Shown here: positions 35,309 to 38,106 of the stretch, one piece after another | Numbering within the stretch: position 1 is the first letter of the stretch | How the letters are laid out: every line of letters starts with the position of its first letter | Origin: a virus | Taxonomy: Duplodnaviria > Caudoviricetes | Virus record (IMG/VR): IMGVR_UViG_3300046807_000058 | Coordinates: 1-38,106 of that record | Length of the DNA: 38,106 bases | Reading direction: 5' to 3' (one strand) | The notes under the pieces: generated by a model | Databases searched by the model: none | Told to the model about the DNA's origin: nothing | What the model saw: only the letters and a program-made list of their open reading frames with translations | Program-made: the position numbers and the translations under genes

Positions 35309-37714
35309 TTACATTCCAAGCATCGAATTTAAGTCTCCTGAAAATTCATTATCTGAAGTTTCAAAATCTTTAGGCAACGAATTGTTTTTACGTTGGTCTA
35401 TTAGTTCTGATTGTTGAGTTGCTTGAATTTTTGTTCTAGCATCTTTACGATCTTCTGCTGCTTGTAAGTTCTTATCTATTGTTTGAGCTTTGATTTGAGC
35501 CAGTTGCATATCGTATTGATACTGTAATTCCATAAGCTGCTTTTTAATTTCAGCTTCTGTTTGCATTCTTTGTATCTCAAATTGCGACTTAGCTTGCTCA
35601 ACATTAACGGTTTCTTGTGTTAATGCTTGTTGTTTTTGCACCTCAAACAAAGCTGCTTTCTCTGCTGTCTGTTGATTTGCTTGCGCTTGTGCCTGAATAT
35701 TAGCCATTTGCGCTTCTTGCATTGCTTTTTGTTTTTTCTTCTTTCTAAACTTTAACGTTTGATTAGCTAACTTTAGATTTTTGATTTGGCGAATATCAAT
35801 AGCATCATCTAAATCTATACCACCTGTTTGCAATGCAACTTGTATGTTTTGTTCTAATAAAGCTTTTTCTTCTTCATCAGGTTCTAATTCTAAGTAAATA
35901 CCAAAATCATAAAGGTTTAAGTATTTAATTTCTTTTAAGGTAGCTACATTATAAGTAGTAATACTTTCTTCTAGCACCTTAGCTAGTAATGGGTAATCAA
36001 GGCAATCTGCAATTCTAAGTGAGATGTTTTCGCATATCCTAAGAGCTATAAATAAGCTTGATTGTAAAATATGTTTGGTAGCTGTATTTGATGCGTTAGC
36101 GGCCATCTTTTGAAGCCCTACAAGCGTATCTCTTTCTGGCATACTTCCGTCACGCGCTTCATTAAGTCCCGTAACATCTCTTATCATTTGTAAATAATAT
36201 TGATAAGTCTGTATAAGCGATTGTATTTTTGCTTGACCAGATGAACTACTTAATTCCTGAATAGGAACTTTACCAGCATTCATATTACCATCTTGAGTAA
36301 GTGATCTGCCAATTATACTACCAGTTTGGAAATACATATTTAATGCTTCCGCTGGATTATAATTTGTACCATTACCTAAATCAACTTCAGCTAAACCATC
36401 AACATCTACAAATACTCCATCAGGAACCATCTTAGACATTACTTGTTGTAACTTAAGGTGGGTTAATTGGATCATATCCGCAAAACCTGTAATCTTATTT
36501 ACAATAGAATCAATTCTACCTTTGTACATTCTAGGCGCTGAAATAACATAATTCATTTCAACTTTAGTCATATTAGAATATGGACGAGACATGTTCTCTG
36601 ATAACTTCCATTCTAACATCATATTTGTACCTAAGATCTTTGCTCCTGAATATAATACTTCAATTGATCTTGATACTTTATCAAACTTGTCACTTGGCGG
36701 TGGATTAAAATCGTCAGTCTTTTCAAGGACTTTCTCCATTCCGTTTTCACCGTATTTTATTTTGAATACTTGGTTCATATAAGTTTTATACTCAAAGTAT
36801 AATACCTGAACCGTATTCTCGTCATAGTTACCCCATCCTGTAATATATTGTCTATTACCAGGCATTTGTTGTATCTTATATAATTCGTCAGCCGATAAAT
36901 GAGGGAATTGCATTTGCAACTCTGGAATTGTAACAGCTTTAACTTCTCCAACATAATATATATCTTCAAAGTTTGGATCTTCAGTATAAGAATAAACTAA
37001 ATAAGCAGGGTCTACGTATTCTGTTTTAATACCTTCACTAACATTAAAGTTAGTTTTAGCGCATGCAATACCTATAACTGTAAGGTCATAGTTTAATCTT
37101 CTTTTAATTAAGTCCCATTTATTCTGAGCCAAAGTATTATTGATAGCTTCTTCTTCTGCAATTTCAATAGATTGCTTATAGTCTAGTTGCATGTGAAGTT
37201 CTAATTCTTCTTTAGTTTCCGGTAATTCATCTTTTGATAACGGAGAACTAGCAAAGTCTTCACCAGTTAAAGCTCTAGCTTTGTCAAGTAAATCTTGAGA
37301 ATACATATCTCTAAGAATAGCTTGAGCGTAATTTGTTTTTGATTTTAAAGACTCCGGATCCTGAGCGTAAGCTTTTATATCGTAACTTTTTTGTGACATA
37401 CCGTTAACTACGATGTCAACAAACTTTGATATAATTGGTACAGGTTTCCAGTCTAAGTTTAAATATGAAATATCACCATTGGTAGCTAATTCATCTTTAT
37501 ATTTTTGTACAGATTGTTCTCCTCTAGCATACAGTCTTAATTGGTGAAAGTTATTCCAATTAGTTAAATATCTATTACCAGTAGTTCTACCCTGTTCAAA
37601 CCATTCTTGTTCTATAGCACGTGATACTTGTAACCCGTACTCTTCAGACGCTTTAACTGAATCAGGTACTACCTGACTTGGGAAGGCACTATTTGTATTT
37701 GTGTATATATTCAT
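35309..37714 (-). CDS. portal protein
   Basis: 801 aa directly after terminase; PIISKFVDIVVNG, RDVTGLNEARDG, Gln-rich C-terminal barrel coil. Confidence 0.85.
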   Translation of the reverse strand: MNIYTNTNSAFPSQVVPDSVKASEEYGLQVSRAIEQEWFEQGRTTGNRYLTNWNNFHQLRLYARGEQSVQKYKDELATNGDISYLNLDWKPVPIISKFVDIVVNGMSQKSYDIKAYAQDPESLKSKTNYAQAILRDMYSQDLLDKARALTGEDFASSPLSKDELPETKEELELHMQLDYKQSIEIAEEEAINNTLAQNKWDLIKRRLNYDLTVIGIACAKTNFNVSEGIKTEYVDPAYLVYSYTEDPNFEDIYYVGEVKAVTIPELQMQFPHLSADELYKIQQMPGNRQYITGWGNYDENTVQVLYFEYKTYMNQVFKIKYGENGMEKVLEKTDDFNPPPSDKFDKVSRSIEVLYSGAKILGTNMMLEWKLSENMSRPYSNMTKVEMNYVISAPRMYKGRIDSIVNKITGFADMIQLTHLKLQQVMSKMVPDGVFVDVDGLAEVDLGNGTNYNPAEALNMYFQTGSIIGRSLTQDGNMNAGKVPIQELSSSSGQAKIQSLIQTYQYYLQMIRDVTGLNEARDGSMPERDTLVGLQKMAANASNTATKHILQSSLFIALRICENISLRIADCLDYPLLAKVLEESITTYNVATLKEIKYLNLYDFGIYLELEPDEEEKALLEQNIQVALQTGGIDLDDAIDIRQIKNLKLANQTLKFRKKKKQKAMQEAQMANIQAQAQANQQTAEKAALFEVQKQQALTQETVNVEQAKSQFEIQRMQTEAEIKKQLMELQYQYDMQLAQIKAQTIDKNLQAAEDRKDARTKIQATQQSELIDQRKNNSLPKDFETSDNEFSGDLNSMLGM

Positions 37715-38106
37715 TTAGTATATTTTTGATAAAGAACCTGTATTGTCGTATTTTTTAATACCTAAATTATGCACTTGCCTAATTATAGGATTTGTCGGTG
37801 TGTATCTATGTTTATTGCAAGCCATTATAGCTAATCCAGAACTGATAGAAGCATCATACTTTGTTCTATCATTTATATTGAACCTTGCCCAGTCATTTAA
37901 TGTTTTATTAAAATACATATTACCATAACCGGTTTCAAGCAATCCAACGTGATCTTCTATATATGATTCGATAGCAGCAGCGTGAGCTTGTTTAATATCT
38001 TCGCTTGAGTTTGGTATTCCTCCAATTTCTCTTTCTGTTATTGATAATTTAGAATAAGCTTTATCAGGTCGATTCATTGAAAAACCTCTATATCCTCTTC
38101 TTTTAA
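37715..38106 (-). CDS. terL: terminase large subunit, C-terminal nuclease part (5' end beyond the window)
   Basis: frame stays open to the window edge (KRRGYRGFSMNRPDK); RTKYDASISSGLAIMA matches the terminal Asp motif; directly upstream of portal. Confidence 0.75.
   Translation of the reverse strand, partial: KRRGYRGFSMNRPDKAYSKLSITEREIGGIPNSSEDIKQAHAAAIESYIEDHVGLLETGYGNMYFNKTLNDWARFNINDRTKYDASISSGLAIMACNKHRYTPTNPIIRQVHNLGIKKYDNTGSLSKIY

Noticed and set aside
3294-37928. Nested or antisense ORFs in the track (e.g. 3294-3485, 6197-6469, 10233-10718, 13621-14088, 16519-17058, 26503-26976)
   Set aside because: They lie within or opposite well-supported genes and carry no motifs; treated as shadow ORFs
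1-38106. Stop-codon reassignment as in some crAss-like phages; tRNA genes; integrase
   Set aside because: Long genes are intact in the standard code at high coding density; no cloverleaf or recombinase recognised

Overview
A 38 kb segment of an AT-rich lytic dsDNA phage genome, most likely a podovirus of a Bacteroidota/Flavobacteria host. The host call is an inference from AT-rich leaders without Shine-Dalgarno sites and a TAnnTTTG-like promoter; the head/tail module is crAss-like. The + strand (1-15151) carries small early ORFs, a phage sigma factor, Erf and a RecE-like exonuclease, SSB, a Twinkle/T7-gp4-type primase-helicase, a ThyA homologue, MazG-type pyrophosphatases, a T7-endo-I-like resolvase, class Ia RNR (nrdB, nrdA), two EndoVII-type HNH genes and a 2OG-Fe(II) oxygenase. 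The - strand (15219-38106) carries terminase (partial), portal, scaffold, major capsid, tail ring and nozzle proteins, a GNAT and three ejection-type proteins; the arms converge on a bidirectional terminator. Top observations: (1) the ThyA homologue has Asp at the dUMP-specifying Asn and Tyr at the PCH His, which suggests a dCMP (hydroxy)methylase beside candidate dCTPases; (2) the 2344-aa virion protein embeds a sigma-70 region-2-like domain, an HExxH zincin and a PD-(D/E)XK module separated by K[FM]SK linkers; (3) head-to-tail arrays of ~20-bp palindromes in intergenic regions; (4) an HNH insertion that appears to have replaced the 5' end of nrdA. All product calls come from motif recognition by eye, with no database searches.
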